From an uncultured Synergistaceae bacterium (lineage in GTDB: Bacteria > Synergistota > Synergistia > Synergistales > 79-D21): DNA of 64,000 nt. Positions within the stretch are counted from its first letter, which is position 1. Each line of letters starts with the position of its first letter. This document shows positions 52,546 to 61,588 of the stretch, one piece after another. A program made the position numbers and the translations under genes. Under the pieces are notes generated by a model that worked only from the letters and a program-made list of their open reading frames with translations, did not search any database and was not told the origin of the DNA. The stretch lies in the NCBI GenBank assembly GCA_964521575.1, contig CAZFSR010000001.1, positions 368,470 to 432,469 on the forward strand, given 5' to 3'.

Positions 52546-53544
52546 TTACTGGGCCTTCAGCATGCCGATCTCGGCCAGCAGGGCTTTGTATTCGGCGTTG
52601 GTCTTGTCCAGGAACTTCGCAAAGTCGGCCGCGTTCATGTAGACCTGGGTCCAGCCGTTGCGCTGCGCGATTTCCTTCCATTCGGGGGTCTTCACCATCT
52701 TGGCCAGGGCGTCTTCCATGTACTTCACGGCAGGGGCCGGCATAGCCTCGGGGCCGAAGATCCCGCGCCAGTTGATGAACTCGGCGTCGACACCGGATTC
52801 CTTAAGCGTCGGGACGGTCATCATGGGGCCGGACTTGATGCGGTTGGGCGAGGAAACGGCCAGGACCCTGATGTCTCCGGACTGCATGGGGCCGACGGTT
52901 TCGGCCATGCCGGTGGAAAGCAGGTCGATGTGCCCGCCCATGAGGGCCGCGATGCCTTCACCGCCCTGGAAGGCGATGTACTGGATGGCCTTCAGGTCCT
53001 TCACTCCTGCCGCCTTGGCCGCCACGAGGAACTGGATGTGGTCCATGCTGCCCATGGCGGAGGTGCCGCCGATCTTCACGCTCTTAGGGTCTTTCTTGAT
53101 CGCTTCCAGGACGTCCTTGATGGTCTTGTACTTCGAGTTCTTGGGAACGGCGTAAGCCCCGAAGTCGTTGATCAGCATGGAAATGGGAGTGACGTTCTTG
53201 TAGCTCAGCGGGGTGGAGCCGGTCAGGTTGATCAGGAGCAGCGGCGGGGAGTAGACGACGAGCGTGTCGTCCTTTCCCTTCTTCTTCTGCAGGTAGGCCA
53301 GGGCGACGCCGCCGCCGCCGCCGGGCTTGTTGATGACCGGCATGGGGACGGTCACGAATTTCTTCTCAGTCAGGACCTTGGTGACCATCCGCATCGTCGT
53401 GTCCCAGCCGCCGCCTGGGCCGGCAGGGGCGATGCATTCGAACGGCTTCGTGGGATAGGCCGCCGAGGCCACGCCGGCGAAAAAGCCGGCCAAAAGCAGC
53501 GCTGCAATCATCGGGAACAGGGCCTTGCGCATCGTGTTCTTCAT
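52546..53544 (-). CDS. tctC: Tripartite tricarboxylate transporter substrate-binding protein (Bug/TctC family)
   Basis: 332 aa with a signal peptide. Bug-family motifs (YPTKPFECIAPAGPGGGWDT, PGGGGGVA). Confidence 0.9.
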   Translation of the reverse strand: MKNTMRKALFPMIAALLLAGFFAGVASAAYPTKPFECIAPAGPGGGWDTTMRMVTKVLTEKKFVTVPMPVINKPGGGGGVALAYLQKKKGKDDTLVVYSPPLLLINLTGSTPLSYKNVTPISMLINDFGAYAVPKNSKYKTIKDVLEAIKKDPKSVKIGGTSAMGSMDHIQFLVAAKAAGVKDLKAIQYIAFQGGEGIAALMGGHIDLLSTGMAETVGPMQSGDIRVLAVSSPNRIKSGPMMTVPTLKESGVDAEFINWRGIFGPEAMPAPAVKYMEDALAKMVKTPEWKEIAQRNGWTQVYMNAADFAKFLDKTNAEYKALLAEIGMLKAQ

Positions 53545-53640
53545 CAGGATACCCCCCTCTATCTGTCTTGGTATGGAAAAGCCGCTTGGGTGCGCCGCGA
53601 TGGTTCGCTCTCTCGGCCAGGTCTTCTTCCATCCCCCCGT

Positions 53641-54351
53641 TCATCGGCCCGGGTGGGCCTGGCGGTTCCGGTGCCCCGAAAAACTCTTGAGGTAAGCTTC
53701 GAGGGCTCCCCGAATATGTTCGCGGGTCAGGGCCTCGGCCCGCTTTTCGTCCCGGTCGCGGATCGCTTCGAGGATTCCCCGGTGCTCCCGCCGGACGAGT
53801 TCCCTTCGGGAAGGACCCGCCAGGGTGACGCGCCGGAACCGTTCGAGGTATTCCTTGTAGGTGTTGATGACCTGGATCAGCCGGGGCATGTGGCAGGCCG
53901 CGATAACGCCTTCCGAGAAAACGCGGTTGGCCTCGAAGACTTCGGCGGCGTCTGCCTTTTCCCCCAGGTCGCAAAGCCGGTCGATCTCGTCCATGGCCTT
54001 TTCCAGCCTGCGGATTTCTTCCTCGGTTGCCCTGCGGACTGCCTGGACGGCCGCAAGGGCTTCCATGGCTTCCCGCAAAGTGTAGATCTCGAGGATGTCT
54101 TCCTCGCTGAACGTCTTCACGACGGCGCCCTTCCGGGGCTGGTGCTCCACGAGCCCCTCGGCCTCCAGCTTCCGGATGGCTTCCCGGACCGGCATCCGGC
54201 TGACGTTGAGGGTTTCCGCCAGCTCGCTCTCGACCAGGCGTTCGCCGGGAGGAATGGAACCATCCAATATTGCCTGCCGGAGAGAGTCGTAGACGACGTT
54301 GCGAATGGGAGTGAGCAGGCTCGGGTCGATGGCTTGGAGATCGGTTACCAT
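53641..54351 (-). CDS. GntR-family transcriptional regulator (FCD subfamily)
   Basis: 236 aa. HTH ESELAETLNVSRMPVREAIRKLEAEGLV plus an FCD-like domain. Lies between tctCBA and the divergent citDEF. Confidence 0.85.
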   Translation of the reverse strand: MVTDLQAIDPSLLTPIRNVVYDSLRQAILDGSIPPGERLVESELAETLNVSRMPVREAIRKLEAEGLVEHQPRKGAVVKTFSEEDILEIYTLREAMEALAAVQAVRRATEEEIRRLEKAMDEIDRLCDLGEKADAAEVFEANRVFSEGVIAACHMPRLIQVINTYKEYLERFRRVTLAGPSRRELVRREHRGILEAIRDRDEKRAEALTREHIRGALEAYLKSFSGHRNRQAHPGR

Positions 54352-54365
54352 GCAGGGAGCCTCCT

Positions 54366-54386
54366 TTTGGGATACGGGATCCCAAA
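54366..54386. promoter_or_regulatory. Inverted repeat TTTGGGAT-N5-ATCCCAAA next to the GntR RBS (candidate operator)
   Basis: Perfect 8-bp arms at 54366-54373 and 54379-54386, in the cit/GntR divergent intergenic region. Confidence 0.3.
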
Positions 54387-54457
54387 TCCAGGATCCTATG
54401 GTAAAATTTACTCGGTTTTCCCCGGATTGTCAATTTTAAGAAGCCTATTCAGGGGCG

Positions 54458-54730
54458 GTGGTCGAATTGGTTTTACGGATGGCGCAAGCGGGAACCCTGG
54501 AATCCGCCGATTGCCTGGTGACGGTGGTCCCGGCGGAAGAATTCAGGCTGGATTACAGGGGAGTGAACCGGAAGCTTTTCGGGGAACGGACCCGGAAGCT
54601 GGTGCTGGAAACCCTCGAGAGGACGGGCTTTTCGGGAGCGCAGGTCACCATTCAGGACCAGGGGGCCCTGGAGCTGGTGATCCGGGCACGGCTCGAAACC
54701 GCTCTCAGGCGGGCGGCGGGGGAGGTTTGA
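54458..54730 (+). CDS. citD: Citrate lyase acyl carrier protein (gamma subunit)
   Basis: About 90 aa. The AGTLESAD motif contains the prosthetic-group Ser. Start uncertain (GTG 54458 or ATG 54479). Confidence 0.85.
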   Translation: MVELVLRMAQAGTLESADCLVTVVPAEEFRLDYRGVNRKLFGERTRKLVLETLERTGFSGAQVTIQDQGALELVIRARLETALRRAAGEV

Positions 54731-54734
54731 TCCC

Positions 54735-55622
54735 ATGAGGGGCATGAGGTCGATGCTCTACATCCCGGGTAACGCCCCGGGAATGATCCAGAACGCGGCG
54801 GTTTTCGGGGCGGACATGGTCATGATCGACCTGGAGGACGCGGTCGCGCTGTCCGAGAAGGATGCGGCCAGGGATATCGCGGCCGGTTTCTTGAGGCATT
54901 ACGATTTCGGCGATCTCCCGGTCGTCGTCAGGATCAACGGGGCGGATACGCCCTTTTTCGAGGAGGACCTCGAGGCGATCGTTCCCCTCAAGCCTTTTGC
55001 GATTCGCCTTCCCAAGTGCCAGGATCCCTCCGATGTCCTGCTGGCCGATACGAGAATGACGGAGATCGAGAAAAGGCACGGCTTGTCCGGGGGCATCGTC
55101 CCCATCCACGCCATGCTCGAATCCGCCCGGGGCATCGAAAACGCCTACGCGATCGCCACGGCGAGCCCCCGTGTGACGGCCCTGACCCTCGGCGGGCAGG
55201 ACCTGACCGCCGACATGGGTATCCAGAAAACGCGAGACGGTTGGGAGTTCTTCTACGCCCGCAGCCGGGTGATCATGGCGGCCAAGGCGGCCGGCATCGC
55301 GGCCTTCGACACGGTATGGACCGATTTCAACGACCCGGAAGGGCTCTTCCGGGAGGCGAGGCAGATCGTGGAACTGGGTTTCACCGGCAAGGCGGCCATT
55401 CACCCGAGCCAGGTGGAGGTCATCCACCGGGCTTTCCGTCCCGACGCGAAGGAAGTCCGGAAGGCGGAACGCATCGTCGCGGCGGCTGCCGAGGCGGAGC
55501 GCCAGGGACGGGGCGTGGTGGCCGTAGACGGGAAGATGGTTGACGGGCCCATCATCGTGCGGGCCCGCCACCTCATCAGCCTGGCCGGGCTTTACGGCAT
55601 GGAAGGGGGGGAAGCCCAATGA
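54735..55622 (+). CDS. citE: Citrate (pro-3S)-lyase beta subunit (citryl-CoA lyase)
   Basis: 295 aa. HpcH/CitE motifs SMLYIPGN, IDLEDAV and HPSQV. Confidence 0.9.
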   Translation: MRGMRSMLYIPGNAPGMIQNAAVFGADMVMIDLEDAVALSEKDAARDIAAGFLRHYDFGDLPVVVRINGADTPFFEEDLEAIVPLKPFAIRLPKCQDPSDVLLADTRMTEIEKRHGLSGGIVPIHAMLESARGIENAYAIATASPRVTALTLGGQDLTADMGIQKTRDGWEFFYARSRVIMAAKAAGIAAFDTVWTDFNDPEGLFREARQIVELGFTGKAAIHPSQVEVIHRAFRPDAKEVRKAERIVAAAAEAERQGRGVVAVDGKMVDGPIIVRARHLISLAGLYGMEGGEAQ

Positions 55623-57184
55623 ACCTCGTTAAGAACGCCCTGGGACGGCTGGTTCCTGTCGGGGTCGACGGAGTGGGGGCCTTCAGCCCCTATGAGGGAG
55701 CCTTTGCCCGCGTCCTGAAAGGGGCCCCATGGCCCGCAGCCTACCCGGTCCGGAAGCCCGAACCGCCAAGCCGGAGCAAGGTGGCGCCGAGCCTGAAGAC
55801 GGCGATCGAGCGTTCGGGCCTCGAGAACGGCATGACCGTCTCGTTCCATCATCACCTGAGAAACGGCGACGAGGTCATCCCCCTGGTGCTCGAAACGCTC
55901 CTCCAAATGGGATTCAGGGACCTCACCTTCGCACCGAGCTCGATTCCCGACTCGCACGACTGTGTCGCGGATTACGTCCGAAAGGGGCTCATTCGCCGGA
56001 TCTGGACCTCCGGGGCACGCGGCGAAGTGGGCCGCATGATCTCCAGGGGAGAAATGGAAGAGACGGTCATCATCCGGAGCCACGGCGGAAGGGCCAGGGC
56101 CATCGAGGAGGGGTCCATCGCGATCGATGTGGCCTTCCTGGCCGCACCGGCCTGCGACGCGCTGGGCAACAGCGCAGGCTGCTCCGGGAAATCCGCCTGC
56201 GGGTCGCTGGGTTACGCGATCACCGACGCGCGTTTCGCGCGGCACGTCATCGCCGTGACGGACAACTTGGTCGAGTATCCCCTCCATCCCCATATCTCGG
56301 TTCCCCAGCACCTGGTGAACCAGGTCGTCGTCGTCGACAGCCTTGGGGATCCGGCGAAGATCGCATCCGGGGCTGCGCGCATCACGCGAAACCCGCTTGA
56401 CTTGAAGGTCGCGGAGAATGCCTATCGCCTTCTTTCCGCCTCGGGGATCCTCGCTCCGGGCTGCTCGTTCCAGGTGGGGGCCGGGGGCGCGAGCCTTGCG
56501 GTCGCGGCTTTCGTCAGGGATCACCTGAAGGCGAAGGGGATCCAGGGCGGGTTCGGGTTGGGCGGCATCTCGGGTTACATGGCCCAGATGCTGGAAGAAG
56601 GGCTCTTTCGGGGGCTTTTCGACGTCCAGAGTTTCGATTCGGCAGTAACCGGCTCGATGGTCAAGAACCGCGCCCACATGGAGATCGATCCCTCATGGTA
56701 TGCCAACCCGATGAACCAGGGATGCCTGGTTCACAACCTGGACGTCGTTATCCTGGCGGCTCTGGACGTGGACACGGACTTCAACGTGAATGTCATGACC
56801 GGCAACGACGGCGTGCTGCGCGGGGCTTCCGGGGGGCATAGCGACACCGCGGCCGGTGCGAAGATGGCCATCGTGGTGGCCCCTTCCTTCCGGGGCGGGG
56901 TCCCGACGATCAAGGACCGGGTCCAGACCCTCGTCACTCCCGGAGAGACGGTGGATGCCATCGTCACGGAACGCGGTATCTGCATCAACCCCAACCGGGC
57001 GGATCTCTGGGATGCGGCGAAGAAGGCCAACCTGCCCCTGAAGGAGATAACGGACCTGAAGAAGGAAGTCGAGCGGTTCACCGGTGTCCCGGAGCCTGTC
57101 GAGATGGACATGGACCGGGTCGTAGCCGTTGTGGAATACCGTGACGGGACCCTGCTCGACAGCATCTACCGGGTCAAGGAATAA
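55619..57184 (+). CDS. citF: Citrate lyase alpha subunit (citrate CoA-transferase)
   Basis: 521 aa with CitF-type length. Overlaps citE by 4 nt. FHHHLRNGD motif near the N-terminus. Confidence 0.9.
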   Translation: MNLVKNALGRLVPVGVDGVGAFSPYEGAFARVLKGAPWPAAYPVRKPEPPSRSKVAPSLKTAIERSGLENGMTVSFHHHLRNGDEVIPLVLETLLQMGFRDLTFAPSSIPDSHDCVADYVRKGLIRRIWTSGARGEVGRMISRGEMEETVIIRSHGGRARAIEEGSIAIDVAFLAAPACDALGNSAGCSGKSACGSLGYAITDARFARHVIAVTDNLVEYPLHPHISVPQHLVNQVVVVDSLGDPAKIASGAARITRNPLDLKVAENAYRLLSASGILAPGCSFQVGAGGASLAVAAFVRDHLKAKGIQGGFGLGGISGYMAQMLEEGLFRGLFDVQSFDSAVTGSMVKNRAHMEIDPSWYANPMNQGCLVHNLDVVILAALDVDTDFNVNVMTGNDGVLRGASGGHSDTAAGAKMAIVVAPSFRGGVPTIKDRVQTLVTPGETVDAIVTERGICINPNRADLWDAAKKANLPLKEITDLKKEVERFTGVPEPVEMDMDRVVAVVEYRDGTLLDSIYRVKE

Positions 57185-57206
57185 CGAACGAGGGAACCTG
57201 GACACA

Positions 57207-57243
57207 AGAGGGGGATCCGCACCGGGTGCGGATCCCCCTCTTT
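57207..57243. terminator. Hairpin terminator between citF and the convergent GNAT gene (weak U-tract)
   Basis: AGAGGGGGATCCGCA CCGGG TGCGGATCCCCCTCT, a perfect 15-bp stem, followed by only TTT. Confidence 0.55.
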
Positions 57244-57257
57244 GATAATGTTCTGTT

Positions 57258-57743
57258 TCAGTCCAGCGGCAGTTCCAGGAGAGGGAGGACGTGGCTTTCC
57301 CCTCCCGCGACCGTCGGCTTGCCGCCGATGCGGACCGCACCCATCTTCAGGTAGAATCCCTCCGCCCTGGGTTCAGCCGTGATCGTCATCCTGCGTGCCC
57401 CGGCCTTTCGCGCTTCAAGGACCGCCCGTTCGAACATGAACCGTCCTACACCCTTGCCCTGAGCTTCGGGCAGGACCCAGAAATGGTCGAGATCCAGGGT
57501 GTCGGGCCTTTCGACCGGCATAAGGGAGAAGAAGCCGACCGGGACGAACCGGCCGTCCCTTTCCTCCTCGGCGACGAAATAGGCCTCTTCGCGAAGATGT
57601 TCCTCAAGGACCGTGAGAGGGCCATTCCATTCGTCCAAAGTTTCCTCGGGGTATCCCCAGGTTCGTTTCGAGGCGTAGGCGAGTTCCGTCAGCATCGGCC
57701 CCTCGTTCGGTCTTGCGGGCCTGATTTCCAGGCGGTCACTCAT
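57258..57743 (-). CDS. GNAT-family N-acetyltransferase
   Basis: 161 aa. Acetyl-CoA motif VLPEAQGKGVGRFMFE. The start overlaps the yedF stop (ATGA). Confidence 0.8.
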   Translation of the reverse strand: MSDRLEIRPARPNEGPMLTELAYASKRTWGYPEETLDEWNGPLTVLEEHLREEAYFVAEEERDGRFVPVGFFSLMPVERPDTLDLDHFWVLPEAQGKGVGRFMFERAVLEARKAGARRMTITAEPRAEGFYLKMGAVRIGGKPTVAGGESHVLPLLELPLD

Positions 57744-58336
57744 GCGACCGTCAGCACCTTCGGAGCCGCCAGCAGGGCGTCGGTGATCTCCATCATGTTC
57801 GAGATGCAGCCGGCCCCGACCTTCTCTGTCACGCCGAAATGCTTCGTGCAGGTTCCGCAGACGAGGACCGTTACCCCTTTCTCCTCGATTTTTTTCAGGG
57901 TTTCGCAGGTCGAGGTTCCCTCGAGGGCAAGGAGAACCCCGCCGTTCATGAGGGCGATGACCATGGGAGCCTCCTCCCTGTCGGCCAGGTTGCTCAGGAA
58001 AGCTTTCACCAGGCCCTCCCCGAGAGTTGCGTCCGGGGAGCCCAGGACATTATTCTGCAGGAAGACCGCATAGCCCTTTTCGGGGGCCGGGACCTTATCG
58101 GGCCTTGCCGCCGGAGCGAAGTTGGGAGAACCGGTTCCCCTGATGATGAAGTCCGCGCCGTGCAGCTCTTCCGCGACCGAAAACCCCTGGCTTTCCAGAA
58201 AGCGCTTGACGTTGGAAGCCGAAACGGCGTTGTCAACCAGGATTTCAATCTTCGATGCCCCGTCCTCCAACGCTTTGCGAACCATCACGACAGGCTGGGG
58301 ACAGGCTTTCCCTCTTGCGTCGATCATTTTTTCCAT
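57740..58336 (-). CDS. yedF: YedF-type sulfurtransferase-like selenium metabolism protein (TusA-like + DsrE-like domains)
   Basis: 198 aa. N-terminal TusA motif DARGKACPQPVV and a C-terminal DsrE/F-like half with VCGTCTKHFG. Confidence 0.75.
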   Translation of the reverse strand: MEKMIDARGKACPQPVVMVRKALEDGASKIEILVDNAVSASNVKRFLESQGFSVAEELHGADFIIRGTGSPNFAPAARPDKVPAPEKGYAVFLQNNVLGSPDATLGEGLVKAFLSNLADREEAPMVIALMNGGVLLALEGTSTCETLKKIEEKGVTVLVCGTCTKHFGVTEKVGAGCISNMMEITDALLAAPKVLTVA

Positions 58337-58551
58337 GGGTGGGGTCCTCCTTTATCTCAAGGCTCTTCGGATTGTGCAGGTTGTATGGTACCAGTTTACC
58401 CCTGAATCATCCTGACGTTCCTACTATATCAGGGACCCGGGGGGTGAGAAATTGAAAAGGCTCATTCCGGGTCCAACCCACGTTCAAACGACCAAAGGAC
58501 AGCTTCCCTCCAGCCTGTTAAAATTCTTGGGAAGTGTTGGGGAGGTTCTGG

Positions 58552-59610
58552 ATGGACTGGTTGATCGGTTTCCTGCATCTTTTTGCCATTGGAGTCCCGG
58601 GCTGGCTTCTTCTACGGTTTTTCCATGTCCCTGCCGCTGCAATGATGGGCGCCATGATTTCCGCAGGATTCTTTGCCGTGAAGGGTTGGGGCCTGCCGGA
58701 CGTCCCGGGAGGGGCGAACCTGGTCCTGCAGGTCGTTTTGGGCCTTTTTATCGGCGTGCGGGTGACGCGGGAAGCCCGTGCCGAGTTCGGGAGGAGCGCA
58801 CCGGTGGCCCTTCTGGCGGGGATCTGGTGGCTCCTGCTGCCTCTCGGTCTCGGGATGCTGGTGACGAGGTGGTTCGGCCTGGACCTTCCCACTTCCCTCC
58901 TGGGGACCGTTCCGGGAGGGATCGCAGAGATGAGCCTGCTGGCCCTGACCTTGAACGCGGATGCCGCACTCGTTGCGCTGATGCAGTTTTGCCGCCTGGC
59001 GGCCGTGCTTGTCGGCATGCCTTTCCTGTCCGCCTGGATCAACCGGCGGATGGGGGACGGGGAATCGAGCCGGCCGAAACCCGCTTGCGGGCCGGGGGCC
59101 GGGAAAGGCCCCGCCGCAACACGGCATGGAATGGCTGCGGCCCTTGTGCTGGCTGTCCTGGGAGGGCTTGCGGGTTCCCGGGCGGGGCTTCCTGCGGGAG
59201 CTTTCGTGGGAGCGATGGTCCTGACCGGGATTGCGTCGGTTTCGGGCTTGCGGCTTTGCCCTTTGCCCGTCGCTTTCCGGACCGGTGCCCAGGTGGGGCT
59301 TGGGGGCCTGATCGGGCTGAATGTCACCCCGGAGGTGATCGGGGTCTTTCGGGCCATGCTTCTCCCCACCCTGGCAGTGACGGTCGCCATGGTGGCCTGG
59401 GGAATCCTGCTGGCCTTCATGGTGAGGAAGAGGACCGGCTGGAACCTCATGACCTGCCTCATCGCCACTTGTCCCGGAGGGATCACCCAGCTTGCTTCAA
59501 TTGCGGACGAACTTGGCGCTGATCCCTTGCGGGTGAGCCTTCTCCACCTTGTCCGCCTCTTCACGATCTTCCTTGTCCTCCCTCCCCTCATCAACCGCAT
59601 CCTGGCCTAG
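58552..59610 (+). CDS. AbrB-family duplicated membrane protein (putative transporter/regulator)
   Basis: 352 aa from the ATG 7 nt after GGGGAGG. Two homologous halves carry TVPGGIAEMSLLA and TCPGGITQLASIA. Confidence 0.75.
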   Translation: MDWLIGFLHLFAIGVPGWLLLRFFHVPAAAMMGAMISAGFFAVKGWGLPDVPGGANLVLQVVLGLFIGVRVTREARAEFGRSAPVALLAGIWWLLLPLGLGMLVTRWFGLDLPTSLLGTVPGGIAEMSLLALTLNADAALVALMQFCRLAAVLVGMPFLSAWINRRMGDGESSRPKPACGPGAGKGPAATRHGMAAALVLAVLGGLAGSRAGLPAGAFVGAMVLTGIASVSGLRLCPLPVAFRTGAQVGLGGLIGLNVTPEVIGVFRAMLLPTLAVTVAMVAWGILLAFMVRKRTGWNLMTCLIATCPGGITQLASIADELGADPLRVSLLHLVRLFTIFLVLPPLINRILA

Positions 59611-59635
59611 GTTCAAAAGCGGGGCCGGGTTGCGA

Positions 59636-59739
59636 TAAAATGAACCCGGCTGTTCTCACAAGGCACGGAGAAGGAGGAGCGTTCCCGGGGCCGCTGGATG
59701 GTGCGCGGGCCTGACCCGGGGGGAAACCCATCCTGGCCG
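59636..59739 (+). promoter_or_regulatory. Conserved promoter-leader module, copy A (upstream of the M20 gene)
   Basis: TAAAAT (59636-59641), 36 nt, then AGCGTTCCCGGGGCCGC-N8-GCGCGGGCCTGACC-C-GGGGGGAA-N3-CATCCTGGCCG (59678-59739). Matches copy B block for block. Confidence 0.6.
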
Positions 59740-59877
59740 GTTCATTTCGTGAACCGGCGCGACCGAGGTGAGGATCATGCGCAAGCTGGACGCGCCCATC
59801 CCCCCGGAAGGGGATTCCGGCTCCTGTATCTCACGGTTTTTGAGCCCCTGCCCGATTCCGGAAAGGGGGCACGCCCG

Positions 59878-61530
59878 ATGACCTGGCAACTCGGGAACGC
59901 CCCGGAGGAACTCTATCGGCTGCTCCTCGATCTTGTGAGGGTTCCCAGCGTGTCCCTGACGCTGGGTGAAGTTGAAATCGCCGAGCGAATCGAGGCGTCC
60001 CTGGGGGCTCTCCCCTATTTCCGTTCCAACCCGGACGACCTCCGTTTCATTCCCATTCCTGACGACCCCATGGGCCGTAAAAGCGTGATGGCCCTTGTCC
60101 GGGCAAAACCGGCGACGCGAAGGACGATCATCGTGATCGGCCATGCGGATGTCGTCGGGCCCGAACCCTACGGGAACCTCGCGGAGCTGGCATTCGACCC
60201 GGTTGCCCTGACGGCCCGGATGAAGGAAGAAGACCTGCCCCCGGAAGTCCGGGCAGACCTTGAAAGCGGGGATTTCCTTTTCGGCCGGGGTGTCGGTGAC
60301 ATGAAGGCCGGGGTGGCTCTCGGGATGGGCCTTGTGGCGGAGCGCTCCGCCGACACCTCCTCGATGGGCGCGAACCTGCTTTTTCTTGCCCTCGTGGACG
60401 AGGAGATCAGCTCGGGCGGCATGCGGGCGGCCGTTCCCGTGCTGGCCGGCCTGCAGGAAGAACTCGACTTCGTCGCCTGCATGAACACGGAGCCGTCGGA
60501 CCCGGGTTTTTCCCAGGGGCGGAACCATTGCTTCTCGCTGGGTTCCGCGGGCAAGCACAACCTGTTTTTCCTCTTCGCGGGCCGGGCCTCCCACAGCACC
60601 GCCTATTTCGAGGGTTTCAACGCGATCCTGCCGGCTGCGCACCTTGCGGTCCTGCTGGAAGGGAACGATTCCCTGACCGACCGATCCCCCAGGGACACCT
60701 TTTCGCCCATGGGGTGCCTCAAGCTGAAAGATCTCAGGACCACCTATTCGGGAACCCTTCCGGAAACGGCCGCTGTCTATGTCAACCTGAACCCGGTCCA
60801 CAGGATGCCCGGGGAGATCCTCTCGTCCCTGGAGAGGTTTTCCAGGGAGGCACTGGACCGCTCCATCCGCCAGGTCAGGGATGCCTACCTCCGCTACGGG
60901 GAAAACATCGGTCAGTGGCCGCCTCGCGGTGAATGGCATGGGAAAGTCCTGCCCTTCTCGGAGCTGGCCGCAGCTGCGGAAAAGCAAGTGGGCCCAGGTT
61001 TCGACGGGATCATGCGAAAGTTTGTCGCGGAACTGCCGACCGGGATGGAGGAGCAGGACCGCTGCATTGCCGTGGCGGAGGAAACCCTGCGCAGGTCTGG
61101 GATGGAAGGGCCCCTTGTCGTTTACGGTTTTCTCCCGCCCTATTACCCTCAAAGGATCACCACAGGCAGGACCCGGACCGAAAAGAACCTGCTCGGTGCC
61201 GTCGACTGGGCCATCCGGGAAGGGCGGGACCGGTACGGGGTCAAGATCGACGTGAACGACTACTTCGGCGGGGTCTCCGACCTGAGTTTTTTCGGATTCC
61301 AGGGAACGGCTTCCGACATGGAAGCGCTTTCCGGCAACCTCCCCGGGTGGGGAACGGTTTTCCCTTTCCCGGACAAGGACTTGCCCAGGCTGGACGTCCC
61401 GGTGGCGAATATCGCCCCGGCAGGGAAAGACAGCCACAAGAAGACGGAAAGACTGGAAATCTCCTATTCGCTAGAGGTGGTGCCCCGCCTTTTGGCCGGG
61501 GTTTTCGACAGGCTGGCGGCCGGAAATTAG
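59878..61530 (+). CDS. M20-family metallohydrolase (RocB-like, ~550 aa)
   Basis: 550 aa from the ATG after GAAAGGGGG. M20 motifs IVIGHADVV and GRGVGDMKAG. The length and N-terminus recall RocB-type proteins (from memory). The track start 59698 would translate the conserved leader. Confidence 0.75.
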   Translation: MTWQLGNAPEELYRLLLDLVRVPSVSLTLGEVEIAERIEASLGALPYFRSNPDDLRFIPIPDDPMGRKSVMALVRAKPATRRTIIVIGHADVVGPEPYGNLAELAFDPVALTARMKEEDLPPEVRADLESGDFLFGRGVGDMKAGVALGMGLVAERSADTSSMGANLLFLALVDEEISSGGMRAAVPVLAGLQEELDFVACMNTEPSDPGFSQGRNHCFSLGSAGKHNLFFLFAGRASHSTAYFEGFNAILPAAHLAVLLEGNDSLTDRSPRDTFSPMGCLKLKDLRTTYSGTLPETAAVYVNLNPVHRMPGEILSSLERFSREALDRSIRQVRDAYLRYGENIGQWPPRGEWHGKVLPFSELAAAAEKQVGPGFDGIMRKFVAELPTGMEEQDRCIAVAEETLRRSGMEGPLVVYGFLPPYYPQRITTGRTRTEKNLLGAVDWAIREGRDRYGVKIDVNDYFGGVSDLSFFGFQGTASDMEALSGNLPGWGTVFPFPDKDLPRLDVPVANIAPAGKDSHKKTERLEISYSLEVVPRLLAGVFDRLAAGN

Positions 61531-61547
61531 CCAGGCAGGAACAAGAA

Positions 61548-61573
61548 GGGGGGCGGACCACGGTCCGCCCCCC
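61548..61573. other. GC hairpin between the convergent M20 and kamA genes
   Basis: GGGGGGCGGACC / GGTCCGCCCCCC arms. No clear U-tract on either strand. Confidence 0.4.
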
Positions 61574-61588
61574 TTCATCGTGAAAAAA

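Noticed and set aside
59678-59739. Possible ZTP (pfl) riboswitch, because GGGCCTGACC.GGGG and CCTGGCC faintly resemble GGGTCGTGACTGGCG and CCGCCTGGGCA
   Set aside because: The invariant CCGCCTGGGCA pseudoknot segment is absent and the spacing is wrong. The gene context (kamA, M20 hydrolase) is unrelated to purine or folate metabolism.
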